DNA from: Prasinococcaceae sp. CCMP 1430
Lineage: Eukaryota > Plantae > Prasinodermophyta
Assembly: GCA_013416795.1 (NCBI GenBank)
Contig: RQSC01000006.1
Span: forward strand, 94,313-158,312
Length of the DNA stretch: 64,000 nucleotides
Reading direction: 5' to 3'
Below are positions 33,447-45,158 of the stretch, in pieces. The translations under genes were made by a program, and so were the position numbers. The first letter of the stretch is position 1, and the number at the start of each line of letters is the position of its first letter. The notes under the pieces were generated by a model. That model did not search any database. It was not told the DNA's origin and saw only the letters and a program-made list of their open reading frames with translations.

Positions 33447-36400
33447 TCAGCGCGCGCGTTCCCTCCTCGCATGGGCATCGTGCCTGCGCATGATGTTGGC
33501 CTCGTGCTCGCGCAGCACGCGGCCCTGCTCACGCTCGATTTCCTCGGCGCGCAAGGCGGCTGCATATGCGTGGTACTTGCCGCCATCCGCCTCGTCGTAT
33601 TTGACATCGGTGTGGCCGTGGGCGAAGTCGTGCGCGTATGCATCGCTGTCGACAGAGCGCTGCAAGTGCGCCGGCCGGTCGCGCGCCCTTCCTGTCCCTC
33701 CTGCGTTCCTGCCACCCAAGTTGAGCGGTGGCAGTTCCGTTCGCCATGCAGACTCGCTCGCCCAGAGGCCTTCATCAAGCGCATGGTATTGCCCGTACTG
33801 ATTCGCGCCTAGCTGCTCGTACGGCGCTTCGTCGTCGAGCGCCGCGTGAGCGCCGCGCACGTCGTAGCCTCCACTGCGGGCACGGCTTTGCGGGGCGTAG
33901 CCGGTGCCATCAGCGGCGTAGGCCCCCCCTCCTTGGGATATCCCACGCCACTTGTGCTGCGCTGCATAGCTGCTCACGCCGAGGCCCGCGGAGGACCCGC
34001 CGCCTCGACGTGCCCAGCCGGCGGGCGCCTCGGGAGCGCTCGCATACGCATACCCGTACCCACTGCGATGTCTGGTGTGCCCGGCTCGCCGTTGCGGTCG
34101 GAACGCGGCGCTGGCTTGCACACTTGCCCGTGGCTGCGCGTACGCGTAGCTTGACGACGGGGCGCTGGCACGCGTGTCAAACCTGGGCATGGGCTTGGCT
34201 TTGAAGGGCTGTTTGGCACGCTCGCGCTGCTCGTGCTCCCTCCTCGTCCTCTGCTGTGCGCGCTCGATGCGTACGCGCATGACCTTGTTCTCATGCACAC
34301 CGCTTGACGACCTGGCCAGGGCGCGCATGTCAAAGCTGGGCATGGGCTTGGCTTTGAAGGGCTGCTTGGCACGCTCGCGCTGCTCGTGCTCCCTCCTCGT
34401 CCTGTGCTGTGCGCGCTCGATGCGTACGCGCGTGACCTTGTTCCCATGTACACCGACCACACTACCGCCACCGACAGCTCGATTTTCCTTGCCAGATGCG
34501 GGGGGATCGGCTGGGGGCCGGCGCCGGCGAGGCTCCTCGAAGGAGCGTCCATATTTGTCTTTGCCCTTTGGAGCAGGTCCCCAGGCGTCCCTTGCCGACT
34601 GAGCTGCGCCCTTCACGCCTCCCCTCCTTTCCTTCGCCTGCTTTCCTGGCACTCTCCTCGCTCCATTCACCCGCTCGGGTGGCACTTGCTTGGTGTTGCT
34701 GCCCCGCCGCGTGGGTTTGCCGCCCTGCTGGCGGAGCCTGGCCTTGCGATCCCGTTGCTTTCTCGGCGCGTCCTCATCAGTGCTGCCGTCGGCCCAAGCG
34801 CGGGCATACTCAGGGTTCACTTGGAGTATGTCGGCGTGACTGTCGCCATCAGTAAATCCCGAAGTTTCACTCCCGTCCTTCTCGGCATTTGAGTCGCTGT
34901 CGATGTCGTCGTCGCGGTACTTCATGCGCTGTGGAGACTTGCCGTGGCCGCGACGCCCCCTCGGACCCTGCTCCCTGCCGAGGGGCGACTGCGCGTAGAG
35001 AATGCCGGGGCTTGAGAAACGCCGGGCACTTGCGCGTGGCGCCCCCGCATAGGCCGCACCGGGCGAATCTGGCGGCAGAGGTGAGTGCTCTTCGGGCGTC
35101 TCGGAGAACGGCCCGCCCCTCGCTCTGTCCACGCCCCCCCTGGGCGTGCCAAGGCCGAGTCCACCCTGCCCGAGCGCAACACTCGAGCACGGCGAGCTGC
35201 CCATGCCAGATTCGGGCCTTGCGACCAACTCTGCTAGACGCTGTTGCATCTCGCGCTGACGGCGCTCGAACGCTGCCATCTGGGAACCACCATCGGTGCC
35301 GTTGTCGGGCGTGTGGGCGCCATCGTGGCCGCGACTGCTGCCTCCCTCGTCCACGCCATCTTCATGATCGATCACCTGATGTAGAACGGGGGAGCCTATC
35401 GGCCCCACTTCATCACTGCCACTATCGTGCTGGCCGGCAGACGCCGCGCGCGCTGCCTCCAATGCATCGACTGGGGTGCGCCAAGCTGCGTCACTGTCGC
35501 CGACGTCAACATCGATGGTGAGTCCTAGTGCCAGACCACGCGCGTGCGCACCCTGTCGCTCCCTCTCACCCGGTGCGGCGCCTGGCGGCGGTGAGCGCAG
35601 CCTGGATCGTGACGTCCGATGCACCCGCGGGCTGCCGACGCTGCCGACGCCATCCTGGACGCCAGCCTCATCGCTATCGTCAAGCTGCCGTGGTGGCGGT
35701 GGTGGCGAGCGCAGCTTCGACCTGGACCCATCACTTTTGCCCGCACTGGAGTACGCATCGAACGACACGCGCCTTGCTCCACCCTCGACCATTTCGAAAG
35801 ATTCCCTCCGCGACCCGGGCCGCGGGCTCGTCGCTCCCCGAGTGGTGTCACTCACCTCCGACCTTCCCAGCGTCTGGACCGCATTCGGCGGCGGCGACGA
35901 GTGCGACTGGGAGGTTTCATGCCCCAGCGGCCCGCCCTGGGCATGCGGGGCGGGGTTCTGTGGCTGCCGCGCGTCGCTCGATGGGGTCGGCGCCATGCCA
36001 AAGGCCGCTGCGAGCATCGTCGCAAAGTCCTCCATCTGGGCTGCCGCCTCATCGCCGTGGCCCAGGTAGTCCACAGGCTTCGAGGGGGAGGGCGGAGCCT
36101 CCTGGTTTAGCTGCAGCTCAGGATCCCGCTTGCTTTCGCTCGCGTAGCCGCTCCCAGCACGCGGTGGAGAGCGTAAACTCGCCGGGGCCGCCTCAGCTTG
36201 CGCGACCTCCTCGGCCACGCCACCTCGCTCGGTTTTGGCGCGTTCGGCGAGCCAGCCACGCGTTCGCCGCTGGATGTACCGAGCGGCGGCGTCCTCGCTG
36301 CGCATGCGCGCCTGGACGAGCGTGACGTTCCGCTCCTCATCCACGTGCGCGACCCTGGCGCGCTCCTGCGGCGAGCGCTCAGCCTTTTGGATCTCTCTCG

Positions 36401-37487
36401 CTGCCGGTGCGTGCATAATACGCTCGGCCTCGCTCCGCGACGCGCCCGCGCCCTCTCCCTCGGCCCCAGCTCCGGGCTCCTCCCCTTGCCCAGCCGCGCG
36501 CTCACGCCCTCGGCCCTGCCGCAACCCACGACGCACTGCAAACCCGCGCGCGGCCGCCTGGATACGCGTCGCCGCTTCGCGCTCGCGGGCGAGCCCGCAG
36601 CGCGCGTCATGGCCTTGCTGCGCGGCCTGGATGCGCGCCGCTGCCGCGACGAGTTCCGCGTCTGCCGAGGCGTCGCCCTCGCCTTCGGTCAGCGGGGGTG
36701 GAGCTTCGACCTCGACGTCCTGGCCGTGCGGATCCTCCCCTTCTTCCCCGTGCGCCTGCTCCTGCTCCCGCTCCTGCTCCCGCTCCTGCTCCTGCTCCTC
36801 CTCCTGCTCCTGCTCCTGCTCCTGCTCCTCCTCCTGCTCCTGCTCCTGCTCCTGTCCCGTTTCCTGCTCTTCTCGTCGGCCATCATCCCGGTCCTTCAGC
36901 CTCGCCGCCGATGGTCTGCCGAGCGCCTCTGCCCTGAGGCGCGCAGCATCCTCTGAGCGCCGCGCGGCTCGCACGCGCGCCGCGCGCGCACGCGCCAGGT
37001 GGCCGCGCACGTGCGCATTGATGACGGTGGCCGCGCGCTCGCGCTCGGCGCTGGCATCGTCTCCCCTGCCCGCGCCCTGAGCGCCCTCACCCTGTTGCCT
37101 GGTGACGTTCTCGCCCCCGGCGACGCTGTCCGCAACGTCCTCAGCACCTTGGGGAGCTTGCCCGGTGTCTGCCCTGACCTCGGCGACGCCGCCGTCAGCG
37201 TCTTCGCCGCCGCCAGCGTCTCCGCCGCCGCCAGCGTCTCCGCCGCCGCCAGCGTCTTCGCCGCCGTCAGCGTCTCCGCCGCCGCCAGTGTCTCCGCGAG
37301 TGTTCCTGCCATCATCGCCGTCGTCATCGGCGTCTGTGCCGGCCGGCACCCCAGCCTCAGCCTCAGGGGCCCCCGGCGCATCCTCGTCCTCTTGTGCGAC
37401 CCTCGCCACTGCCGGTGGCGGCCCCGCCTCGGAGTCCGCGGAAGCAGCCGCCACCTCGGCTCCGGCGCCGGCGTCCGCGTCTGCCAT
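33447..37487 (-). CDS. Large low-complexity protein with several IQ calmodulin-binding motifs and duplicated TPX2-like FKAKPMP motifs
   Basis: INAHVRGHLAR, IQAAQQGHDAR, IQAAARGFAVR, IQRRTRGWLA; two approx. 50-aa copies ending QPFKAKPMP. Confidence 0.7.
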   Translation of the reverse strand: MADADAGAGAEVAAASADSEAGPPPAVARVAQEDEDAPGAPEAEAGVPAGTDADDDGDDGRNTRGDTGGGGDADGGEDAGGGGDAGGGGDAGGGEDADGGVAEVRADTGQAPQGAEDVADSVAGGENVTRQQGEGAQGAGRGDDASAERERAATVINAHVRGHLARARAARVRAARRSEDAARLRAEALGRPSAARLKDRDDGRREEQETGQEQEQEQEEEQEQEQEQEEEQEQEREQEREQEQAHGEEGEDPHGQDVEVEAPPPLTEGEGDASADAELVAAAARIQAAQQGHDARCGLAREREAATRIQAAARGFAVRRGLRQGRGRERAAGQGEEPGAGAEGEGAGASRSEAERIMHAPAAREIQKAERSPQERARVAHVDEERNVTLVQARMRSEDAAARYIQRRTRGWLAERAKTERGGVAEEVAQAEAAPASLRSPPRAGSGYASESKRDPELQLNQEAPPSPSKPVDYLGHGDEAAAQMEDFATMLAAAFGMAPTPSSDARQPQNPAPHAQGGPLGHETSQSHSSPPPNAVQTLGRSEVSDTTRGATSPRPGSRRESFEMVEGGARRVSFDAYSSAGKSDGSRSKLRSPPPPPRQLDDSDEAGVQDGVGSVGSPRVHRTSRSRLRSPPPGAAPGERERQGAHARGLALGLTIDVDVGDSDAAWRTPVDALEAARAASAGQHDSGSDEVGPIGSPVLHQVIDHEDGVDEGGSSRGHDGAHTPDNGTDGGSQMAAFERRQREMQQRLAELVARPESGMGSSPCSSVALGQGGLGLGTPRGGVDRARGGPFSETPEEHSPLPPDSPGAAYAGAPRASARRFSSPGILYAQSPLGREQGPRGRRGHGKSPQRMKYRDDDIDSDSNAEKDGSETSGFTDGDSHADILQVNPEYARAWADGSTDEDAPRKQRDRKARLRQQGGKPTRRGSNTKQVPPERVNGARRVPGKQAKERRGGVKGAAQSARDAWGPAPKGKDKYGRSFEEPRRRRPPADPPASGKENRAVGGGSVVGVHGNKVTRVRIERAQHRTRREHEQRERAKQPFKAKPMPSFDMRALARSSSGVHENKVMRVRIERAQQRTRREHEQRERAKQPFKAKPMPRFDTRASAPSSSYAYAQPRASVQASAAFRPQRRAGHTRHRSGYGYAYASAPEAPAGWARRGGGSSAGLGVSSYAAQHKWRGISQGGGAYAADGTGYAPQSRARSGGYDVRGAHAALDDEAPYEQLGANQYGQYHALDEGLWASESAWRTELPPLNLGGRNAGGTGRARDRPAHLQRSVDSDAYAHDFAHGHTDVKYDEADGGKYHAYAAALRAEEIEREQGRVLREHEANIMRRHDAHARRERAR

Positions 37488-37992
37488 CGGGCGAGCGGAC
37501 GCGAGCGCTTCCGAGCGCGCGCGCGCGCGCTGCTCTGCGCGCGCGCTCTGCCGTGCCCTGCCCCCCCAGCGGCCGGCCTCGCCTTCCCACGCATCCGCAT
37601 GCGCGCGCACACGGTGCGCGCGCGGGGAACTGCGTAACCACCGCACCAAAATCCATAGCGCCGATTCTATACATACATCAACATAGCGTACAAATCCCAC
37701 AATAGTTACGGATTGCTCTTCTGAAATTGTTGGCATCGGAGCCGCGTGACGTTGGTTGGGTCCCCGCGGCCCTGGCGTCAGCGAAGCAGCGCCTCCCTCG
37801 CGTTCGGTGTGACGCGAGCCACATAAAAAAGCAGGCGATTGCGTTTTTTCTTTTTTCTTTTTCATTTCTTTTCTTCGGGGGAAATTCGAACGGGCGCCGC
37901 GCGAGACGAGTTCGAGGCGCACCGCGCGGCCAAGGAGGAGGAAATGGGCTCCGGCGGCCGGCAGCGACGCGCGGCGCGCTCCGCGGGACGCG

Positions 37993-40108
37993 ATGTCGGC
38001 GTCGCGCAACCTCGCCATCCGCGAGGCGTTCCGGCAGCACCGCGAGGAGATGCTGCAGGCGATGCGCGCGTGGCGGTGCGTGCGCGCGCTCGCGCACGGC
38101 CGGCGGTGCGACGCCCAGGGCGTGCCCGCGGAAATGGGTGAGGCGGCTGGCGCGTGCCCGCTGGCGATGCTCGATGCGCAGCTGATGTCCAAGGTGGTGG
38201 ACATGGCCTATCCGGGCCGCGGCAACCTCGTGGGCGCCTTCGACGCGCGCTCACGCGGCGCGCGCCTCGCGGCGGCGAGGCAGCGCGCAGCAGCGTTCCG
38301 CGTGTGCGTGCGCTGCCGCCCGCTGCTCGCCTTCGAGCTCGAGGCGGGCGAGTTCATGGCGGTGGACGTTGACCGCCGCCGCGCCGAGGTCGCGTGCCAT
38401 GACTGCAGGCTGAGCAGGAACGGGCGACGCCTCAACGTCTCCCACCGGCTGTACGCGATGGACAGGGCATGGGGCGCAGCGGCGACGCATGCCGACGTCT
38501 ACGAGTCCGTGCGGCCGCTGGTGCAGCGCTCGCTCACTGAGGCGCGCGACAGCGCGACGGTGCTGTGCTACGGCCAGACGGGCACAGGCAAGACATACAC
38601 TCTGAACGGCCTGCTCCAGCACGTCGCCGCCGACTTAACAGCCGAGACGCGCGTGGAGATGAGCTTCGTCGAAGTGCACGGCGCAAAGTGCTACGACCTG
38701 CTCGCAGATCACAAGCTGGTGCATCTACGACAGGGAAGCGACGGACGCGTGCACGCGCGGGGCGCCACCCTCGTCACGGCCGCGGGGGGCGCAGAGCTGC
38801 TCGAACTGGCGCGCGCGGCGCTCGATGCGCGCGCCTCCGAGTCGACCGAACGCAACGAGGCGTCGAGCAGGTCCCACGCTGTCTGCACGCTCACGATGGT
38901 CTGCGGTCAGGGACAGCACACTACTGAGCAGGCGAATTCGACCCCAGCCCAGGAAAGCGCGGAGATTGGAGCTGGCGAGGAGTCGGCGGGCGCAGAGTCG
39001 GCTGCGCCCACGCCCGCCGCGCCGCCCAGCAGGCCGTGTCTTCGCTTGGTGGACCTCGCCGGCTCGGAGCGCAACTACGAGACGACCAAAATGAGCGCCG
39101 CGCAGCATCGCGAGTCTAGCGACATCAACAAGGCGCTCATGGCGCTCAAGGATTGCTTTCGGGCCCACGCCGCCGGCGTGGCAGCAGCGGCGTGCGGAGG
39201 CGAGCCGCCCCGCGTGCCCTTCCGCGCGCACCGTCTCACGCAGATGCTCAAGGACTGTTTCGTCGATGGCACACACCGCACGCTCGTCATTGCCACGGCC
39301 TCGCCCTCGCCCACCGATCTGATGCACACGATGAACACGCTGGACCACGTTGCGCTGATGGCCGCGCCTCTGGAGCTCTTGGTGGACACGGTCACCTGCG
39401 AGCTGGTGCTGGGGGCGGCGCAAATGGCAGGCGACGCGGACCCCCTCGAGGAGTTCAACGCGGTGCCCGTGCAGAAGTGGGACAGCGAGACGACCGCGCG
39501 CTGGGTGGCCACCATTGAAGACGGCCGCTTCAAGGACTTCGTGCTCCCGCCCGGAACTAAGGTGCGTCCTCGCCGAAGCAGCTGGGCCTTGGCGTGCGCG
39601 TCTGTGTGCGCCTGCGGCTGACCGCTCGCACACCTCGCAGGGGGTTGACCTCCTCCGCCTGAGCGCTGAGAGGCTGTCGAACCTGTGGGTGAACCCGGAT
39701 GTGCGGCACGGTGGCGGGGTGGGCGAGGGTCCCGCGTGGACGCTCGGGGCCGATAGCGAGGACGATGAGCACGCCGCAGAAGCTGTCGATGGCGTGGGGG
39801 TGGCTGGCGGCGAGCATGACGGCGATGCCGTGCGCGTCCGCCGCAAGCGCGATGTGGGTCGGGCGCTCTTCGCCGCCCTGCGCAAGCAGATCCGGCGAGG
39901 TGCCGCTGCCGAGGCCAAGCGCCGCTGGGCGAAGCAGAGCCGCGACGTCGACGTCGAGCGCGCCGCGAGCCTCGCGCGTGAGGCGTGCGCCCCGTCCGTG
40001 CAGCGCACCGTCGGCGGCCGGCAGGTCGTCTTCTGGTCTGACGGCTTCTCCGCTGAGGACGCCGACGACGTCGCCGAGCGCGCCCAGTCCCTCCTCCTCG
40101 ACGGCTGA
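37993..40108 (+). CDS. Kinesin motor protein (kinesin-13-like, divergent) with SAM-like C-terminal segment; intron 39562-39640
   Basis: VCVRCRP, YGQTGTGKT P-loop, NEASSRSH switch I, DLAGSE switch II, INKALMALKDC, VPFRAHRLT; TGTAA at 40362. Confidence 0.88.
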
Positions 40109-40236
40109 GCGCCACGCTGAGCGCCACGAGCGCGACGCTCGCGCCGCGCCTCACCCACCACCACCACCACCACCACCACGACCGCCGCTACGCTCCGCTC
40201 CGCCCCTGCCCTCGAGGCCCACACCCCACCCAGAGT

Positions 40237-40267
<31 letters not shown>

Positions 40268-41292
40268 GGGGGGGGGGGACGCGGTCGGTTCCCCAGGTGG
40301 CACGTGCACCATTTTTCTATTTAAATACGTGGTGATCTCCCGTTGTTGATTATGATGTATTTGTAAATTATATATTGATGCGTGTGTGGGCTGACGCAGC
40401 ATGCGCGTGCGAATTGCGTTCACTTTGACGAGCGCGCGGCACGCACTTTTTAATTTTTATTCTAAATTTTCAAAAAAAAAATAGAACGAAGTCTCGCAGC
40501 GATGAAAAAGTTTTGCACCTGTGACCTCATATCAAAATGAACTACAGAGAAGAAAAGGCGAGTTTTATTTTTTTGTCCCCTTTTTTTCGCGCGCCGCGCT
40601 CGGAAGCGCGCGCGCGAAAGCGGCGATTCGAACGCAAAAACGGCGCCGCGCGCCCGAATCGCGTTCCGCGAAACTCCGATCCGTGGAGCCCCGCGGTGCG
40701 CGGCGGGCGTGCGGAATCGCGGAAGGCGTCCCGCGAAATGCGGATGCGATGCCCGCGCGTCGCCCCAGCGGGGCTCGCCGGGACTCGGCGGCGACGCCCG
40801 CGCGCATGGCGCGCCACGAGGACGGGATCCTCCGCGATCCTCCTCTCCCTCGCGCGCGCGGCGGGCGAGGAGCCGCTCCGCTCCGACGCTTGCTTGAAGC
40901 TCCTTGCCGCTCGCTAGCTCGAGCATGCCGCCGGTCCTGCTCCTGCCGGTCCTGCGCGCGCATGCGCAGACTCCTTGCCGCTCGCTGCAGCTCGTCGAGC
41001 ACGCCGCCGCTCCTGCTCCTGCCGGTCCTGCGCACGCGTGCGCAGACGCCCGCGCGCGCGCGCGCGCGCGCGCGCGGCGGTTGACGCCCGGGGAACCACA
41101 CCTTTTGTACCCGCGAACATTCGGAATCCATTCAGAACGCAATCCATGATGGAATGTATGTAATGTAATGGGATTTGTACGGATTTGGATACGTTTGGGT
41201 TCCGTTTATTTGAGCCGCAAGAACGCGCGCGCGCGCGCGCGGGCCTGCGCGCGCGACAGAGGGGGCTTGCGGGGGGTTGCGCGCGCGGCCAG

Positions 41293-41335
<43 letters not shown>

Positions 41336-41437
41336 GGGTGGGTCGCGCGGTGCGCACCACACGCAGTACATCACACACCGCCGGCCGTCCTTCCCTCCCC
41401 TTCCCCCCCCTGCACTTCTCTCCCACCACAGGCGACC

Positions 41438-42008
41438 ATGCCGGCCACCACTGTTATCGACTACGCCGCGGGCGGCGAGAAGCGCTTCGACAAGGCCGTC
41501 GTGAACAGCGTCAACGCCGCGGACGGCTTCACGACCATGCAGATTACGATGAAGCCCGGCTTCGACTGGCAGGCTGAGATCTCCCCGAAGCTGCCGGGCT
41601 GCCCCAAGTGGTGCCCGGCGACGCACTTTGGATTCCTCAAGGTTCGTCCCTCGCACGCGCACGCGCACGCACACACGCGCGCATGCGCATGCATGCGGTT
41701 CGAACGCGCACATCCATGCACACGCGCGTTCGCTCACGCACGCACGCACGCACCCGCGCGCGCGCACGCGCCCACACGCGCGCGCGCACAAACGCACGCA
41801 TGTGCGTACGTCTGCGCCTCTCGCGTCCATGCGTGCGCAGTCCGGCACGATGAAGGTCAAGTACGAGGATGGCAGCGAGGCCACAGTTCACGCCGGCGAG
41901 TCGTACATGATCCAGCCGGGCCACCTGCCCGTCGTCGAGGGCGAGGAGGACGCGGTCATGGTCGAGTTCTGTCAGGCAACCAAGAAGGTCCTCGACAAGA
42001 TGGAGTAG
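41438..42008 (+). CDS. Small bacterial-type cupin protein; intron 41642-41840
   Basis: PGFDW...C.ATHFGFLK|SGTMKV...AGESYMIQPGH cupin motifs joined by phase-0 intron; TGTAA at 42183. Confidence 0.8.
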
Positions 42009-42292
42009 GACGCCGCCACGGCCGAGCTCTCGCTGGCGAACGAGTCTGTCCTCGACGAGGCGGAGTGTGCACCTGAGCATACTGTACACGGACGCAAACC
42101 CGCGCGGTGAGCGCGCTACTGTACGCCGCACCACAGACCACGCTGCCCGGGACTGTGCGTTGCGCGCGCTCCCACCCACTACTGTAAGCACTTCTTTACC
42201 AGCGAGATGGGGCGTTCGCGCGCGTTGTGGCGCACCCACGCGCGCACGAGAGAGGTCGAGAGGGAGGGAGGGAGGGAGGAAGGTTTGGAGGG

Positions 42293-44036
42293 ATGGAGAG
42301 AGCGCCCGCACCGACGCGCGCGCCCGCGCGCCCCGCGCTTAGGCGCCCCGCGGGCGNTGGTGTGGTGGTTGCCAAGGAACGCCCAGACCTAGAGGCTTCG
42401 AAGAACGAGCTGGTAGTGCAGGGCGCGACCAACGCGCGCAAGCTGAAGGAGATTGAAGACAAGATTCTGCACGTGCTGTCTTCGTCGGAGGGCAATATTC
42501 TGGAGGACGAGACGGCCATCTCCATCATCACGGAAGCAAAGTCGCTTGGCAACGAGATTGCCGAGAAGCAGGTGCTGGCCGAGCAGACCGAGAAGGAGAT
42601 CGACGCCGCGCGACAGAACTACGCGCCATGCGGCAAGTACACGGCTGTGCTTTTCTTCGCAATTTCGGATTTGGCCAACATCGAGCCCATGTACCAGTAT
42701 TCGCTGCCATGGTTCGTCAACCTTTTCGTCGGCTCCATCGCGGCCGCCGAGATGTCCGACGACGTGGGCCAACGCCTTGATCACGTGAACGACCACTTCA
42801 CGTATGCCCTCTACGTCAACGTGTGCCGCTCGTTGTTTGAGAAGGACAAGCTCATGTTCGCGTTCCTGCTGTGCTCGCGCATCCTGGGCGCCGAGGGGGC
42901 GGCGCGCTACGACCTGTACGCCATCCTGGGCATCGATGCGTCGGCGAGCTCGAGGGAGATAAAGCTCGCGTTCCGCGCGCGCGCCTTCGAGCTGCACCCC
43001 GACATGAACGGCGCTTCTGGTGCCGCTGATGCGCACGGTGACGCCGAGGGGGGGACGGGACACGCGCACAGCAGCGCCTTTTCCGACGCGATGGCGGCGG
43101 CGAACGCGGCATACGCGGTGCTGAGCGACGTCGAGGCGCGCGCAGTGTACGACGCCGCGCACGCCTCCTTCGGCTCCGACTCGCTCTTCGGCGGGTACGA
43201 CGGGCGCCCGCTGTCCGCCACGCTGCGCCCCAACGCGGAGCGCGCGCTCTTCATCGACGAGAACGCCTGCATAGGATGCATGGCGTGCGTGCACGAGGCG
43301 CCGCACACCATCGCGATTGAGGACGAGCGCGGGCGCGCGCGCGTGGGCACGCAACACGCCGACTCGGAGGACGCACTGGAGTCCGCGAGGCTGGTCTGCC
43401 CCACCTCCGCGGTGCATTGGGTGGCATCCGACGCCCTGGCCCTGCTTGAGTGGGTCCACCGCTCGCAGCCGCGCTCGAACTTCGTTTTCCTCAGAGAGGG
43501 CAGCGGCACGGGGGGACTGCGAGGCTGCGAGGAGGACCCCTTCGTGGCGGCCAGGTGAGGGGCTCGGCCGCGCGCGCGCGCGCGCGCGCGCGCGCGCCCT
43601 CGCTCGAGCGCTGGCGGCAGGCCCTGACGGCGCCTCTTACACCTGCGACTCTCTGTTTCGCACACGGCGCTCCGTGGCGCGCGTTGCGATGCGCCTGCGC
43701 GACGCTGCCAGGCTGCTCGAGCGCCGCGCGATGGAGGCCGTCCAGGAGACGATGGCCGGCTATGGGGGGATGGTCGGTGCAAAGGGCATTGGCCGAGCAA
43801 ACGCAGAGGGCCCCGCGAATGGCGGCGGTCGTCACGACGGAGAGCTCGGCGGCACGGTGCGCCGCCGCCGCCGCGCTGGTGCCTGGTGGCGCGGCGGGGG
43901 CAGGCGGCTCTCACACAGTGAGCTGGAATGGGCGCTCGTCGGGCAGGCGTGTCCGTGGCGCTCGCCGGGCGCGGTCATGCTGCTCCCCCCGCCACAACAT
44001 CGCGCGCCGCCGCGAGCGGATGCCGCCGCCGTGTAG
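42293..44036 (+). CDS. Plastid J-domain plus ferredoxin protein (CDJ3/CDJ4/DJC76-like); intron 43555-43711; N-terminus interrupted by the dynein patch
   Basis: DLYAILG...HPD J-domain; FIDENACIGCMAC...CPTSAVHW Fe-S domain; DPF motif; transit-like MERAPAPTRAPARPALRR at 42293. Confidence 0.8.
42358..42893 (+). other. Isolated axonemal dynein heavy chain fragment (approx. 180 aa) inside the J-domain-ferredoxin gene; probable assembly chimera
   Basis: KERPDLE, LKEIEDKIL, GNILEDE, EPMYQYSLPWF, CRSLFEKDKL; begins right after a single N at 42357. Confidence 0.8.
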
Positions 44037-44208
44037 TCTCCACCGCGAGTGCTGAGAGTAACGACATCGCTGCGTGTACCGGCATTACCACGGGCAGCTC
44101 GCCAGCTAGTACTGATGCTCTTGCGCGAGGGCGAGGGGTTCGAGGCGTTGCACGTGCGCGGCCACCAGCTCCTCTCGATGCTGCCCGTTGTCTCCATGAG
44201 GCTCCACC

Positions 44209-44832
44209 TCATGCACAGTCGCCACCTATGTGCGCCGACGGAGCCGACGGGTCAGCTCGCGCAGCGCCCGGGTACGTCTGGAGGACGGCCGCCGCGGAGG
44301 CCGAGTAGCGGAGCCACGCGCCGCCCGCGCCGTCGGCGTCGCGGCTCGCGAGCTCGAAGCCCCGCCGCGCGAGCAGCGCGCGCATCGGCGCATTGGCCTC
44401 GCGCGTGCGCGCCGCGAGGCGAAAGACGCCACGCGCAGCGTGCGCGCCTGTCGCGACGACCTCCGCGCACACGCGCAGCGCGTCGTCCGCCAGCCCCCGT
44501 CTGCGGTGCGCGGCCGCTATTATACACCCCCACTCGGCCTCGCCGGCGGCGGGCGCGAACGCGTGGAAGCCCGACAGACCCACGAGCTCGCCCGTTCGCG
44601 GGTCGACCACGTCGAGGAACGCGCTCTCGCCCGAGGCCAGCTCGGCACGCTGCCGCGCCCGCCGCGCGTCGTGCTCCGCTCGTGGCAGCGCGTGCAGCTC
44701 GGCGGCGTGCGGCAGCGCCGTCGCGGGGTCCTCGTAGAGCGCGTAGGCCGCGGCGTCGCGCGAGACCGTAGGGTACAGGTACAGGGCGAGCTCCGTGCGA
44801 CGCACGACGACGTCGTCGCTGGCCGGCGGCAT
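44209..44832 (-). CDS. GNAT acetyltransferase (RimJ/RimL-like)
   Basis: GELVGLSG, AEWGCII, HRRRGLA acetyl-CoA motif, NAPMRALLARRGF. Confidence 0.8.
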   Translation of the reverse strand: MPPASDDVVVRRTELALYLYPTVSRDAAAYALYEDPATALPHAAELHALPRAEHDARRARQRAELASGESAFLDVVDPRTGELVGLSGFHAFAPAAGEAEWGCIIAAAHRRRGLADDALRVCAEVVATGAHAARGVFRLAARTREANAPMRALLARRGFELASRDADGAGGAWLRYSASAAAVLQTYPGAARADPSAPSAHIGGDCA

Positions 44833-45158
44833 CGCCCGCGCCGGGCGCGGGCACTGTGGCGCGGGGGCAAGGCGCTCGGCTGCGGGGGGCGTCCCGGATC
44901 TGCCGCGGGCCGACCAGCGCTCTGCAGCGGAGAACTGCCTACGCGCAGGCGCGCGCGCACTCGCGCGTGCTCGAGCTTGCGCCTGAGTGTATCTGGTCGG
45001 CGCTACACAGGGGCACAACCTGCCCTCGAGCGCGCACGCGATGCCGCTGCTACCTCGTGCGGTGAGACACATGTACTGTACATACACTGATTCGCGAATG
45101 CGGACCCTGGGCACTGGCGCAGCGCAGCGGTGCGGCGCGCGCCGCCGCCGCGGGTCCA

